Positions 19,085 to 27,289 of a DNA stretch of 64,000 nt are shown in pieces. The position numbers and the translations under genes were made by a program. The stretch comes from Candidatus Nomurabacteria bacterium (GTDB taxonomy: Bacteria > Patescibacteriota > Minisyncoccia > Phycocordibacterales > UBA5272), in the NCBI GenBank assembly GCA_028286645.1, contig JAQBRF010000004.1, positions 273,536 to 337,535 on the forward strand, written 5' to 3'. Positions within the stretch are counted from its first letter, which is position 1, and the number at the start of each line of letters is the position of its first letter. Under the pieces are notes generated by a model. The model made no database searches. It had not been told where the DNA came from and saw only the letters and a program-made list of their open reading frames with translations.

Positions 19085-19942
19085 TCATTTATTTTCTTTT
19101 AATTTAATTTCTCCTGAAACAAGAATAGAGTTTATAAATAATACAAGTATATGAACATAGCTCACAGCTTCGTATAAGGTAGTATAGTTTATCTTTTCAG
19201 GCTTATGGATATCATAATTTCTTATTATTCTTGAATTGTTGAGTGCCCATACCACCTCTTGGTTCATATTATATTTTTTATAAATAGATTCTGTCTCATA
19301 GATTCTTTTTATTTTTGCCCCAATGTTTTTGATAGCAGAAATCTCTGCTATTAACGAACAAATTAATTCCGTTGTGGTAACAGCGGAGGCTAATATATCT
19401 TTTATATTTCTCTTTTCGTAAGAATTTTGTATATTTTCTAGTCCTATATAAATACTCTGAGTTTCTTCGGTATTAAATTGATTTAATAATACTTTTGGAA
19501 TAATTCTTTCTGATTCCTCGTAGTTATTAATTATATTTTCTGCCACCTGAAATGCGACTAAAATAGGCGTCATCCTGGTTCTGTCGACCTGCTTTTGTGT
19601 CAATCTATTAGAATCAGTTACCAAATAACCTCCACTGTAGGTGCTCCAACTGAAAGGTCCTATACCTGTATCATATTCATATTTTTCTTCTTCGTCTATC
19701 CCATGGCCACTTATTTCCATGTAAAATCTTTTTTTGTCACCGCGTTCTTTGCGATATTCTAATTTTGAAAGAAAATAATCAATTATATTCTGCGACATTT
19801 TGATGTCAGTAAAATAGACAATACACTGGGCGATCCAATTTCTAATTTGATCACCAGTAAGAGTGTTGTCTGTTTCAATAAACCCGAGCAACTGCTTGTG
19901 TGTCTTTCTCCACTTTTCAATTTTTAGCAAATTTTCTTCCAT
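19085..19942 (-). CDS. hypothetical protein with a possible C-terminal HEPN/Abi-like domain
   Basis: Rx4H motif RNYDIH in a helical C-terminus; starts 2 nt after the PHP-ATPase stop. Confidence 0.5.
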   Translation of the reverse strand: MEENLLKIEKWRKTHKQLLGFIETDNTLTGDQIRNWIAQCIVYFTDIKMSQNIIDYFLSKLEYRKERGDKKRFYMEISGHGIDEEEKYEYDTGIGPFSWSTYSGGYLVTDSNRLTQKQVDRTRMTPILVAFQVAENIINNYEESERIIPKVLLNQFNTEETQSIYIGLENIQNSYEKRNIKDILASAVTTTELICSLIAEISAIKNIGAKIKRIYETESIYKKYNMNQEVVWALNNSRIIRNYDIHKPEKINYTTLYEAVSYVHILVLFINSILVSGEIKLKENK

Positions 19943-19944
19943 AC

Positions 19945-22710
19945 TTAGGAAATATTCAGTTTTTTCATTCTTTTTTGAAGAGCAAGATCTCCACCTTCAA
20001 GAATTTCTACAATTTCTTTATTTATATATTTATCTTCAATAGCTCCTGAAATATATTTAAAATCAGGTTTAAATTTACCCTTTTTACTTGAAACTAAAAT
20101 TTCTTCACTATCACTACAAACAACCAGATTTGCGTTGTGAGAGACGACAATAATTTGGCGTTTTGTTTTTTCTGTCTTAATAAAATCAACTATGGTGGTA
20201 GATATAGCTCTTGAATCTAAATCATCCTCCGGTTGATCAAGAAAAACAGGATAGTTAAAATCGTCAAATTTAAAAATAAATTCTAATAGAGCAATCATCT
20301 GCTCTCCATCTGACATTTCTGAAAACTTAATACCTTTTTTACTCTTAATACTTTCAAGAAAATCAATCTTGTACCTATTTTTAAATAAATCCAATAAGAC
20401 GGACGTTATATCTTTTCCAGATTTTAATAATAAATTACCTGAAAGAATCCCGCCTAGTAACTCTTTTATAAGAATTGAAAAAGTTGCTTTTGTATAAATA
20501 GCGCTAGCCGGATCATTTAAAAATATGTTTGCATTCACATAAATCTTATCTTCATCTTTTCTGAAAACTGTTGAGTTATGGTAGTTTATATTGTCATCAA
20601 TAACTTTTTTAAACTGCTCAATATCAAACGATACAATGAGTTTTATTTGAGAAAAGTTAAGCTCTCCTAAATCGATCTTAAGATTGTTATACTCAGTTTC
20701 ATATTTAAAGTAAACATCAATAAGTTCTTTCTTTTTTAGATTATATGAAGCTCTTATTGCAACTAACTCCTTTTCAATATCTTCTATTTGCTTCCTACTG
20801 TTCTTACTCTTCTCGAGTAATTTTGTAAGTTCAAGAAGAGTTTTACTTTCATTTAACTTATCTTGTAATGGTTTTAATAGCTTTTCTAAAGCTTTTATAT
20901 CTTTATCAATTTGTATACCCATCTTTTTTAAAGATAGAATTTCTTCATCAACAAACTCTACCTTGAAAGCCTCATTCGAGGCTGAAAGTTTCTCTTCAAT
21001 TTTTTCTAAAGTTTGAGGAGAAAAAGCAAGTTCAAAGACCCTATCTGAATTAATAACTTCATCTTTTTTAAGATCTTCATAGGCTTTTATATCTTGCAAT
21101 ATAACCTTTGCGGTCTTTTCTTTTTGAAGCTTCTCAGTATTAATTAGCTCATGCTCTTTAATTTCGACTGGTGTTATAGATGAAGTTTTTCCACACTTTT
21201 TTATTTTTTCTTCAATTTCTTTTATATCTTTATCAAAGTCTTCTTTTTTCCCTATTTTTTTAAGTAGTTCTCTTTTTTCAAAACCTGTAGATCTTGCGGC
21301 TAACACTTCACGTATAAGGGAAGTTAATAAAAGGATATTCAACCCCTCAAATTTTTTATAGCTTTCTATGGCTGTACGAAAATCATCTCTATTTTCAAAT
21401 AAATTAGTTAAGAAGTTATCAAACCGAGGATCTGTCTCGTACACAAGCTCACCTAAATATTTTTGAGGTATAAAAAGTATACTTTTTTCTTTAGTTTCAG
21501 ATGCGTTTAGACTGTTAAATGTTCCATCTGTCCAAATAACTTTTAAGTCCGTTAAAGGGAAAAAGTCTTTTAATTCAACATTTCTTAATTTGCATTGAGA
21601 TGGATCAATGGAATAAGCAATATTTTTTAATAGATTTGATTTTCCTTGCGCGCGACTACCTATTATTGCATTTAAGTTTTGATTGAAATAAACTACTTCA
21701 GCAAATCCATCGCTAGAAGTATATTCAACTCTATCTATAAGTGTATATGTAGACTTTTCTTCTGGTTTTAATTCTTGAATTTTAACTCTATCGGAACATT
21801 CATACATTATTTGCTTCAACCCTTCGAAAGTTGGATCAGATTTGATCCAAGTCGCTTTATTTGAGGGATATTTGCCATAATTTGTAAATTTATGAGCATC
21901 ACTACCAGCCACACAAGGTTTCGCCGTATTTCCTAAAGTTTTAAAGAAGTTTGCAAAGTAAGTCCTATTTTTATCAGTTTCTATGCCATTAAATAGATCT
22001 ATATTTCTTTGATCTCTGCTCTCGAAGAGGTGAGCCGTTTGCATAAAATAATTATCATCATGTGGATGTTTACTCCAATCTAAATTTAATAAACCATCAG
22101 ATGTATCGTAGGGTAATAAAATAAAACCTGATCCTTTTGGAATTTGCTCAAATGCTGTTGTTAGTGATTCTCTTGTAATAATTGCTGTCTTGCTTCCAAG
22201 TTCAAGAAGTTGTTTATCGTCTAACGTAGAAGGATCTCCATAGCTATGAGCTTTAGCTTTAGATACATCTAAAGATCTTGCACACTCAATAAGAGCATCA
22301 TTAGATAATTTTTTAGTTTCTGCACCAACTCTAAGCTTTAGTTCTGATTTAAAATCAGAAAGCTGTTGAGTTGTTAATTTATCAGAAAGTATTACATGTA
22401 TATTTAATCGGTATTCAGTCGGAGATTCTACACGTAACTCCATTCCAGGTAACACAGTTTTAGTAAGTTCAGAAGAATGCGAATGAAGGTATTTTTTTAA
22501 TTCTAGCATCCAATCAAAAGTCCAATAATCTTGAATAGCAAAGACAGAAACTTCTGATGTATTTACTACCTCTATAAATTTTTTTATAGCAACTTCTTTT
22601 TCTGATGGTGTCATCTCCGCTAACTTCTTACCTCCTTCCCAAAAAAAAGAAGCCGGGGTATGCACATGCAAATCCCACTGTCGCCACTCAGATCCTTTTG
22701 GAAAAGTCAT
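19945..22710 (-). CDS. PHP phosphoesterase + SMC/ABC-like ATPase fusion (TrlF/Ppl-like putative defence protein)
   Basis: WDLHVHTP, GMELR, GSDAH (PHP); GSRAQGKSN, coiled coil, MSDGEQ, LDQPEDDLD, VSHNAN. Confidence 0.85.
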   Translation of the reverse strand: MTFPKGSEWRQWDLHVHTPASFFWEGGKKLAEMTPSEKEVAIKKFIEVVNTSEVSVFAIQDYWTFDWMLELKKYLHSHSSELTKTVLPGMELRVESPTEYRLNIHVILSDKLTTQQLSDFKSELKLRVGAETKKLSNDALIECARSLDVSKAKAHSYGDPSTLDDKQLLELGSKTAIITRESLTTAFEQIPKGSGFILLPYDTSDGLLNLDWSKHPHDDNYFMQTAHLFESRDQRNIDLFNGIETDKNRTYFANFFKTLGNTAKPCVAGSDAHKFTNYGKYPSNKATWIKSDPTFEGLKQIMYECSDRVKIQELKPEEKSTYTLIDRVEYTSSDGFAEVVYFNQNLNAIIGSRAQGKSNLLKNIAYSIDPSQCKLRNVELKDFFPLTDLKVIWTDGTFNSLNASETKEKSILFIPQKYLGELVYETDPRFDNFLTNLFENRDDFRTAIESYKKFEGLNILLLTSLIREVLAARSTGFEKRELLKKIGKKEDFDKDIKEIEEKIKKCGKTSSITPVEIKEHELINTEKLQKEKTAKVILQDIKAYEDLKKDEVINSDRVFELAFSPQTLEKIEEKLSASNEAFKVEFVDEEILSLKKMGIQIDKDIKALEKLLKPLQDKLNESKTLLELTKLLEKSKNSRKQIEDIEKELVAIRASYNLKKKELIDVYFKYETEYNNLKIDLGELNFSQIKLIVSFDIEQFKKVIDDNINYHNSTVFRKDEDKIYVNANIFLNDPASAIYTKATFSILIKELLGGILSGNLLLKSGKDITSVLLDLFKNRYKIDFLESIKSKKGIKFSEMSDGEQMIALLEFIFKFDDFNYPVFLDQPEDDLDSRAISTTIVDFIKTEKTKRQIIVVSHNANLVVCSDSEEILVSSKKGKFKPDFKYISGAIEDKYINKEIVEILEGGDLALQKRMKKLNIS

Positions 22711-22864
22711 GGGCTTAATTCTACTCTTTTCACAAGATAAATCTAGTCTTGTAAAGATTGTCCCACGGACCGTAATAAAGCTTTGTCTTCTCTTTTATAC
22801 CCGTCGAAAATGTGCTTATTAATGTGTATATTTGGCATTGTGGCATGATATCCTAACTGAATTA

Positions 22865-23809
22865 TTACCTCATAGGGTTAGTTAAAAAACCCTTATCATA
22901 TATAAGGTGCACTTTCTCTAATTGTATTTCTGGCTTCATTCTTAGTTTGGAAGAAAATTGTCCCTCATCCTCAGATCCCTGAAGGTTAAGATATTTATAT
23001 CCTAGCTCTTGAGCAATTTTCGCGGCTTCAATCATCATAATTCTATATAAGTTATAGTAATCAAAGTTATTTACAAGAACATTAAAGCCGAGACATATGT
23101 TTGATATTTCACTAAAATTCATCCATCCAATAATTTTATTATTACGAGAATCTCGGATAATGTAGTTAATTATTCCAAATTTATCAGTAAACAAAACTTT
23201 CGTAGATTCAGTTAACTGATCTTCAGGCCATCCGTTTCTTTCCCTCATGTTATTAACCCACTTATCAAATAAATCTTTTATAACATTAAAATCATCGGGG
23301 TTAAACTTTTCTACGCTGATAGAATAATCTCGATTAAATCTTGCGACATCTTCTCGTAGGGATTGAAAATCTGGTCCGTTCAACTTAACCAAGTTATCAC
23401 AATCCACAACTAACTCAGGAAAAGTATTATCATCATATTTTGATACTTCATCCCATTTTTCATGCTCTGCACATTCTCTAAAGCCGGCTTCTATAAATTT
23501 AAGTCTCTCAGTTTTAGAAACATTTTTTATGATCAGTCTATCTGGCTCAAGATTATTTAATAATTTTTTTATAAAAGTTACAAAGTCATTCGCCACGTAT
23601 GTTGTTATAACGTATACTCCATCTTTTTTAGAAAGAATTACTATATTTTCTTCATCGCAATGATATTCAAAGTATGATCTCGTAGACTGGAGAATGTAAC
23701 CATTACAATAATTAAAATCTAAGACCTCAGGATTATATTTAGATTGTAAATTTCTAAACACAAAAATTCCTTTTTCTACATCGTGACCTTGGCTAGAGAG
23801 ATTCTCCAT
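22865..23809 (-). CDS. DUF2156/phosphatidylglycerol lysyltransferase-like GNAT-fold protein
   Basis: LVKLNGPDFQSLREDVARF and GYKYLNLQGSEDEG...SKLRMKP resemble DUF2156. Confidence 0.55.
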   Translation of the reverse strand: MENLSSQGHDVEKGIFVFRNLQSKYNPEVLDFNYCNGYILQSTRSYFEYHCDEENIVILSKKDGVYVITTYVANDFVTFIKKLLNNLEPDRLIIKNVSKTERLKFIEAGFRECAEHEKWDEVSKYDDNTFPELVVDCDNLVKLNGPDFQSLREDVARFNRDYSISVEKFNPDDFNVIKDLFDKWVNNMRERNGWPEDQLTESTKVLFTDKFGIINYIIRDSRNNKIIGWMNFSEISNICLGFNVLVNNFDYYNLYRIMMIEAAKIAQELGYKYLNLQGSEDEGQFSSKLRMKPEIQLEKVHLIYDKGFLTNPMR

Positions 23810-23842
23810 TAGATTAAATTATAGCACTTGAAAATCAGAGAT

Positions 23843-24041
23843 GGGAACAGGGAGTCTCTCCCTCAGCTAAAACTTTTCCGTCTAAAAGTTTTGCATTCGG
23901 GCAGCTCTCGCGATTCGTCTTGGTAGACTCATAACGCTCCGAGCTTCGAGTCCCTGCCGTAAGTGACCCAATGTCACTTACTTGCCCCAGCAACACAAAA
24001 ATCATAGAAAGGCTGTGCCTATCCTTTTAAAAATTGTGTTG
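23843..24041 (-). repeat. tRNA 3' fold-back element at tRNA-Gln
   Basis: Direct copy gggaacagggagtc; inverted copy ttcgagtccctg-[hairpin gtaagtgac-ccaat-gtcacttac]-ccccagcaacacaa; internal hairpin aaaactttt-ccgtct-aaaagtttt. Confidence 0.75.
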
Positions 24042-24112
24042 CTGGGGAACAGGGACTCGAACCCCAATACCATCCTCCAGAGGGATGTGTCCTACCATTA
24101 GACGATTCCCCA
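24042..24112 (-). tRNA. tRNA-Gln(CTG)
   Basis: TGGGGAATCGTCTAATGGTAGGACACATCCCTCTGGAGGATGGTATTGGGGTTCGAGTCCCTGTTCCCCAG; anticodon stem CATCC/GGATG; no encoded CCA. Confidence 0.95.
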
Positions 24113-24351
24113 ATGTATATATTGTAACCTACTTACTTTTTTCTCTCCGTTTATCTTTCTTGATCTAAGACTTGCTTGTGTTAGGAATTTTGGTAAATTC
24201 CTAACTCTTCGAAGCCTAGCGTCTCGACCCAAAATATTATTATAAAACAATTTATTAACCTTGAGTGGCGTGTCCATGTCCTACTACATACGGCTTGGTA
24301 GCCTCAGTACTGCGATTTCAAGAGATTGGTTACAATCTAAGAAATCGGGAG

Positions 24352-24372
24352 CATTAGACGATTCCCCAATGT
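24352..24372 (-). repeat. 21-bp direct repeat of the tRNA-Gln 5' end
   Basis: cattagacgattccccaatgt is identical to 24096..24116. Confidence 0.85.
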
Positions 24373-24535
24373 TAATTACTAGACGTCAGATGTTAGATTG
24401 TAGATTATTAGAAGACAAATATTTATTGCAATTTCCTCTAAAATCTAATTTCTAAAGTATAAAATCTAGTTTACCCATACTACAATATTTGGGGAGTTAT
24501 TTCAATTTAAATGCTATGGTGTAAACTGAAATTAT

Positions 24536-25477
24536 ATGAAACAAAAACAACGAGACGCTCTTGGGATTCTTTTAGTCATTATTGCCGTAGGTGCGCTTAT
24601 TTATCATATGTTTATGATGAGGGGTAATAATTCTATGAATATGACTGGAAGGATGGAAAACACAGTTACATTTAACTGCTCGCAAGGAAAAAGCATTATG
24701 GCGACTTTTTATCCTGAAAACGACACCGAAGTACACGTGATGCTTAGTGACGGACGCATGCTTTTACTCCCTCATGCGATGTCCGGGTCTGGCGCTAGAT
24801 ATGCAAATACAGATGAATCAATTGTTTTTTGGAACAAAGGAAATACGGCTTTCATCACTGAAGGAACATCCACGACTTATGAAAACTGCGTAACTCCTAC
24901 CTCTTCAAATGATGCCGGCGCCACTTCTGCTGATAAGTCACATGTTTATACAAATTCTACATATGGATTTTCACTTACAGTCCCAGTAGGAGTGACACAG
25001 CAAGATTACTTCAGTAACTTTTATATCTTAAATAATACATGGAGAGTAAACTCATCTCCTGAGAATAAAGGCAATGCTGTGGTTTCTTTTGTTATAAAAA
25101 GAATAGATCAAGGTGGGATAGCTACTGGAAAGCCTTATCCCCTATTTTTTGATGCAGAAGTAAGAGTAGGAGTAAGCACAGACACGAAACAATGTTATCT
25201 GCCCGATCCAGGATATGAAAGTGAGCCTGTAACTAATGTAGTAATAAACGGAATTACATTTAAGAAGTTTAGTTTTTCTGATGCAGCTACGATGAAATAT
25301 GTTTCTGGTGAAAGTTACAGAACTATACATAACAATAAATGTTACGCGATTGAACAGTTAAAAGAAGGATCAAGTTATAGAGACGACACTATGACCCAAG
25401 GAACACCAGACACAGAACTTGATACTTACTATAATCAAGGAGAACAGATTATAAAGACTTTAAAGTTTATCGATTAA
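24536..25477 (+). CDS. membrane-anchored protein with MliC (lysozyme inhibitor-like) domain
   Basis: TM, then FNCSQGKSI...LPHAMSGSGARYANTDESIVFWNKGNTAFI. Confidence 0.8.
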   Translation: MKQKQRDALGILLVIIAVGALIYHMFMMRGNNSMNMTGRMENTVTFNCSQGKSIMATFYPENDTEVHVMLSDGRMLLLPHAMSGSGARYANTDESIVFWNKGNTAFITEGTSTTYENCVTPTSSNDAGATSADKSHVYTNSTYGFSLTVPVGVTQQDYFSNFYILNNTWRVNSSPENKGNAVVSFVIKRIDQGGIATGKPYPLFFDAEVRVGVSTDTKQCYLPDPGYESEPVTNVVINGITFKKFSFSDAATMKYVSGESYRTIHNNKCYAIEQLKEGSSYRDDTMTQGTPDTELDTYYNQGEQIIKTLKFID

Positions 25478-26535
25478 AAGAATAATTGGTTTATATATAC
25501 AAATATCGTAAGGATAACGAGCAATGCCATTCCATACAGAAGATGTTTATAATGCTGCTTTCTGTATTCTACAAGAACAGTAGTAACTAAAGCGACCCCG
25601 ACGATGGCGATTATTATTTTATAAATAGTATCGATATATCCTGATCCATCAAGTAAGAGATGATCATACCAATTTGAATATCTTACGCGAACACTCGCCG
25701 CTTCTGGCGGTGTAACATCTGACGATGAAGCCTCTTCCAGTGCTTCATTATTTCTCACTACCGCTAGCTCTTTATTCGTAACAATTTCTTCTAAAGCAGG
25801 TTTTGCAGTAATCGATTCTCCGCGAATCTCTCCGGTAGTAGTTCCATTTGTTGTGGTGGTACTAGTTGATTCTTTTATAGTAGATGATGTATTTACCGGA
25901 GCGACGACTTCTGGTGTGGTGGTTGCCGGTTGAGTTGAAGGCGCAGCCTTCACAGAGGTGGCAGACGCCTTCGCCGGAGTACCGAACATTTGTACCACAA
26001 ATATAGTTGGGTAATTATTATAAACTCCTTCTATTGTAGCGATGCCCACTTCGCGAAAGTTTACATTTAAAAGGTTTGCCCGATGTCCCGGAGAATTCAT
26101 CCATGCAGTATCCACCTCGGTTGAATCCGTATAATTAATGGCTAAGTTTTCTCCAGCATATAAAAATTTATATCCAACAGTATCGAACCAATGCCATGGA
26201 GTAACTCCGCTTGGGCTCTCATGCGCGAAATACCCTTCCTTTGCCATATCTTGCCCTTTAAGGGTCGCAGCTTGAACAAGGAGTGGATTTATCGTAAGAG
26301 GCTCTTCGTTATAAGCCAGACGATTGTCATTTGCTAGATCGACAAGCACAGAAGCCGCGATAGAGGCCCCTTTTACTGTTTTGTTTATAAAGAAAGAACT
26401 TCCAGCAGAAGCGCCGAGCAAGAAAATACTTACGAATAAAATAATGGCGACACTTAATTCTCTAAAGATATGAGGCTTATAGTCATTGTGTTCATGCGGG
26501 ATTAAAAGATGTCTAAATCCTTGGACTATATTCAT
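25474..26535 (-). CDS. CAP/SCP domain membrane protein
   Basis: LANDNR, DMAKEGYFAHESP, AGENLA, WMNSPGHRANLL, VQMFG. Confidence 0.9.
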   Translation of the reverse strand: MNIVQGFRHLLIPHEHNDYKPHIFRELSVAIILFVSIFLLGASAGSSFFINKTVKGASIAASVLVDLANDNRLAYNEEPLTINPLLVQAATLKGQDMAKEGYFAHESPSGVTPWHWFDTVGYKFLYAGENLAINYTDSTEVDTAWMNSPGHRANLLNVNFREVGIATIEGVYNNYPTIFVVQMFGTPAKASATSVKAAPSTQPATTTPEVVAPVNTSSTIKESTSTTTTNGTTTGEIRGESITAKPALEEIVTNKELAVVRNNEALEEASSSDVTPPEAASVRVRYSNWYDHLLLDGSGYIDTIYKIIIAIVGVALVTTVLVEYRKQHYKHLLYGMALLVILTIFVYINQLFF

Positions 26536-26590
26536 ATGAGCATAAGTTTACCCTGTAAATAATTAAATCACAATATTCAATTTATATTAC

Positions 26591-26623
26591 AAAAACAATC
26601 CCCGATCTATGTCGGGGTTCTTT
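26591..26623 (-). terminator. intrinsic terminator
   Basis: ccccga-tctatg-tcgggg with an A run on the left. Confidence 0.65.
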
Positions 26624-26635
26624 GAGCTTCGTGTC

Positions 26636-27169
26636 CTACTTATGACGATTCGGATCTGCGCCCTCACGCTGTTTGCGTATCTCTTCCAGGGCTGCCGTCT
26701 GGTTCTGAATGAGCAGACGATTCTGAATGAGAAGCTCTTGCATGAGCCCGTTGCCGGAGGGAGCCGGTGGGGCTATTCCGGTCACTTCCTTTGATTGAGG
26801 AGGCGGAACAGCAACAGTGCCGAGGTGTTCGATCTTGGTCAGGAAGTAATTTTCGCTGTCCGAGCGACACAACGTAACTGCTTCCTTCCGGTAATGGATC
26901 TTCACTTCTTGCTGCGTCTCCATGGCCTTTTGCACCTGTTGAGCGAGCTCCTCGCTCTCCACCGTGAAGTGAAATGCACTGCCCACCACGCCTGAGCCGG
27001 AGTTCAACCCTCCCCTGATGATCTCGCCTTCCCAGGTCTTGCAGAAAACGCCCGTCTTTTGCAACCGAGTGATAGACCCGATTTTCTCGCCCTCTCCCAT
27101 GTCCCAGCAACCGCCGAGAAACACGAGCATGAAGGAAGCTGCCAGATTCTTAATTAAACGAACTTTCAT
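26636..27169 (-). CDS. putative lipoprotein (GC-rich unit)
   Basis: Lipobox LGGC; GEKIGSITRLQKTGVFCKTWEGEI; AGGAG SD. Confidence 0.75.
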   Translation of the reverse strand: MKVRLIKNLAASFMLVFLGGCWDMGEGEKIGSITRLQKTGVFCKTWEGEIIRGGLNSGSGVVGSAFHFTVESEELAQQVQKAMETQQEVKIHYRKEAVTLCRSDSENYFLTKIEHLGTVAVPPPQSKEVTGIAPPAPSGNGLMQELLIQNRLLIQNQTAALEEIRKQREGADPNRHK

Positions 27170-27207
27170 CGTCGATCTCCTGTTGATGATGGTTTTAAAT
27201 CTTAATT

Positions 27208-27236
27208 ATTATACTACATAACAATTAACATGTCAA
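27208..27236 (-). promoter_or_regulatory. consensus sigma70 promoter
   Basis: TTGACA-17 nt-TATAAT on the minus strand. Confidence 0.8.
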
Positions 27237-27242
27237 TAAATT

Positions 27243-27280
27243 AAATAAAAACACCAGTTAGTTTAACTGGTGTTTTTATT
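27243..27280. terminator. intrinsic terminator
   Basis: aataaaaacaccagtta-gtt-taactggtgtttttatt. Confidence 0.75.
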
Positions 27281-27289
27281 ACTTATTAT

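Larger units (their letters stand above)
11684..22858 (+). repeat. dispersed degenerate cassette-junction motif (about 12 copies)
   Basis: Best copies 15749-15776, 16973-17000 and 18068-18097 share GATGT(T/A)GGAAC; 13620-13647 and 14236-14250 share AAATTGGAAC; weaker copies at 11684, 14401, 15216, 15852, 18517, 19036, 22831. Confidence 0.65.

Noticed and set aside
11389-24040. Classical integron (intI/attC) or CRISPR array
   Set aside because: No tyrosine integrase, no attC-type palindromes with RYYYAAC/GTTRRRY ends, and the repeats are degenerate and separated by whole genes rather than 30-40-nt spacers.
26636-27169. Enzyme label such as 6-phosphogluconate dehydrogenase, sometimes attached to this kind of protein
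   Set aside because: No Rossmann motif; it has a lipobox and is only 177 aa.
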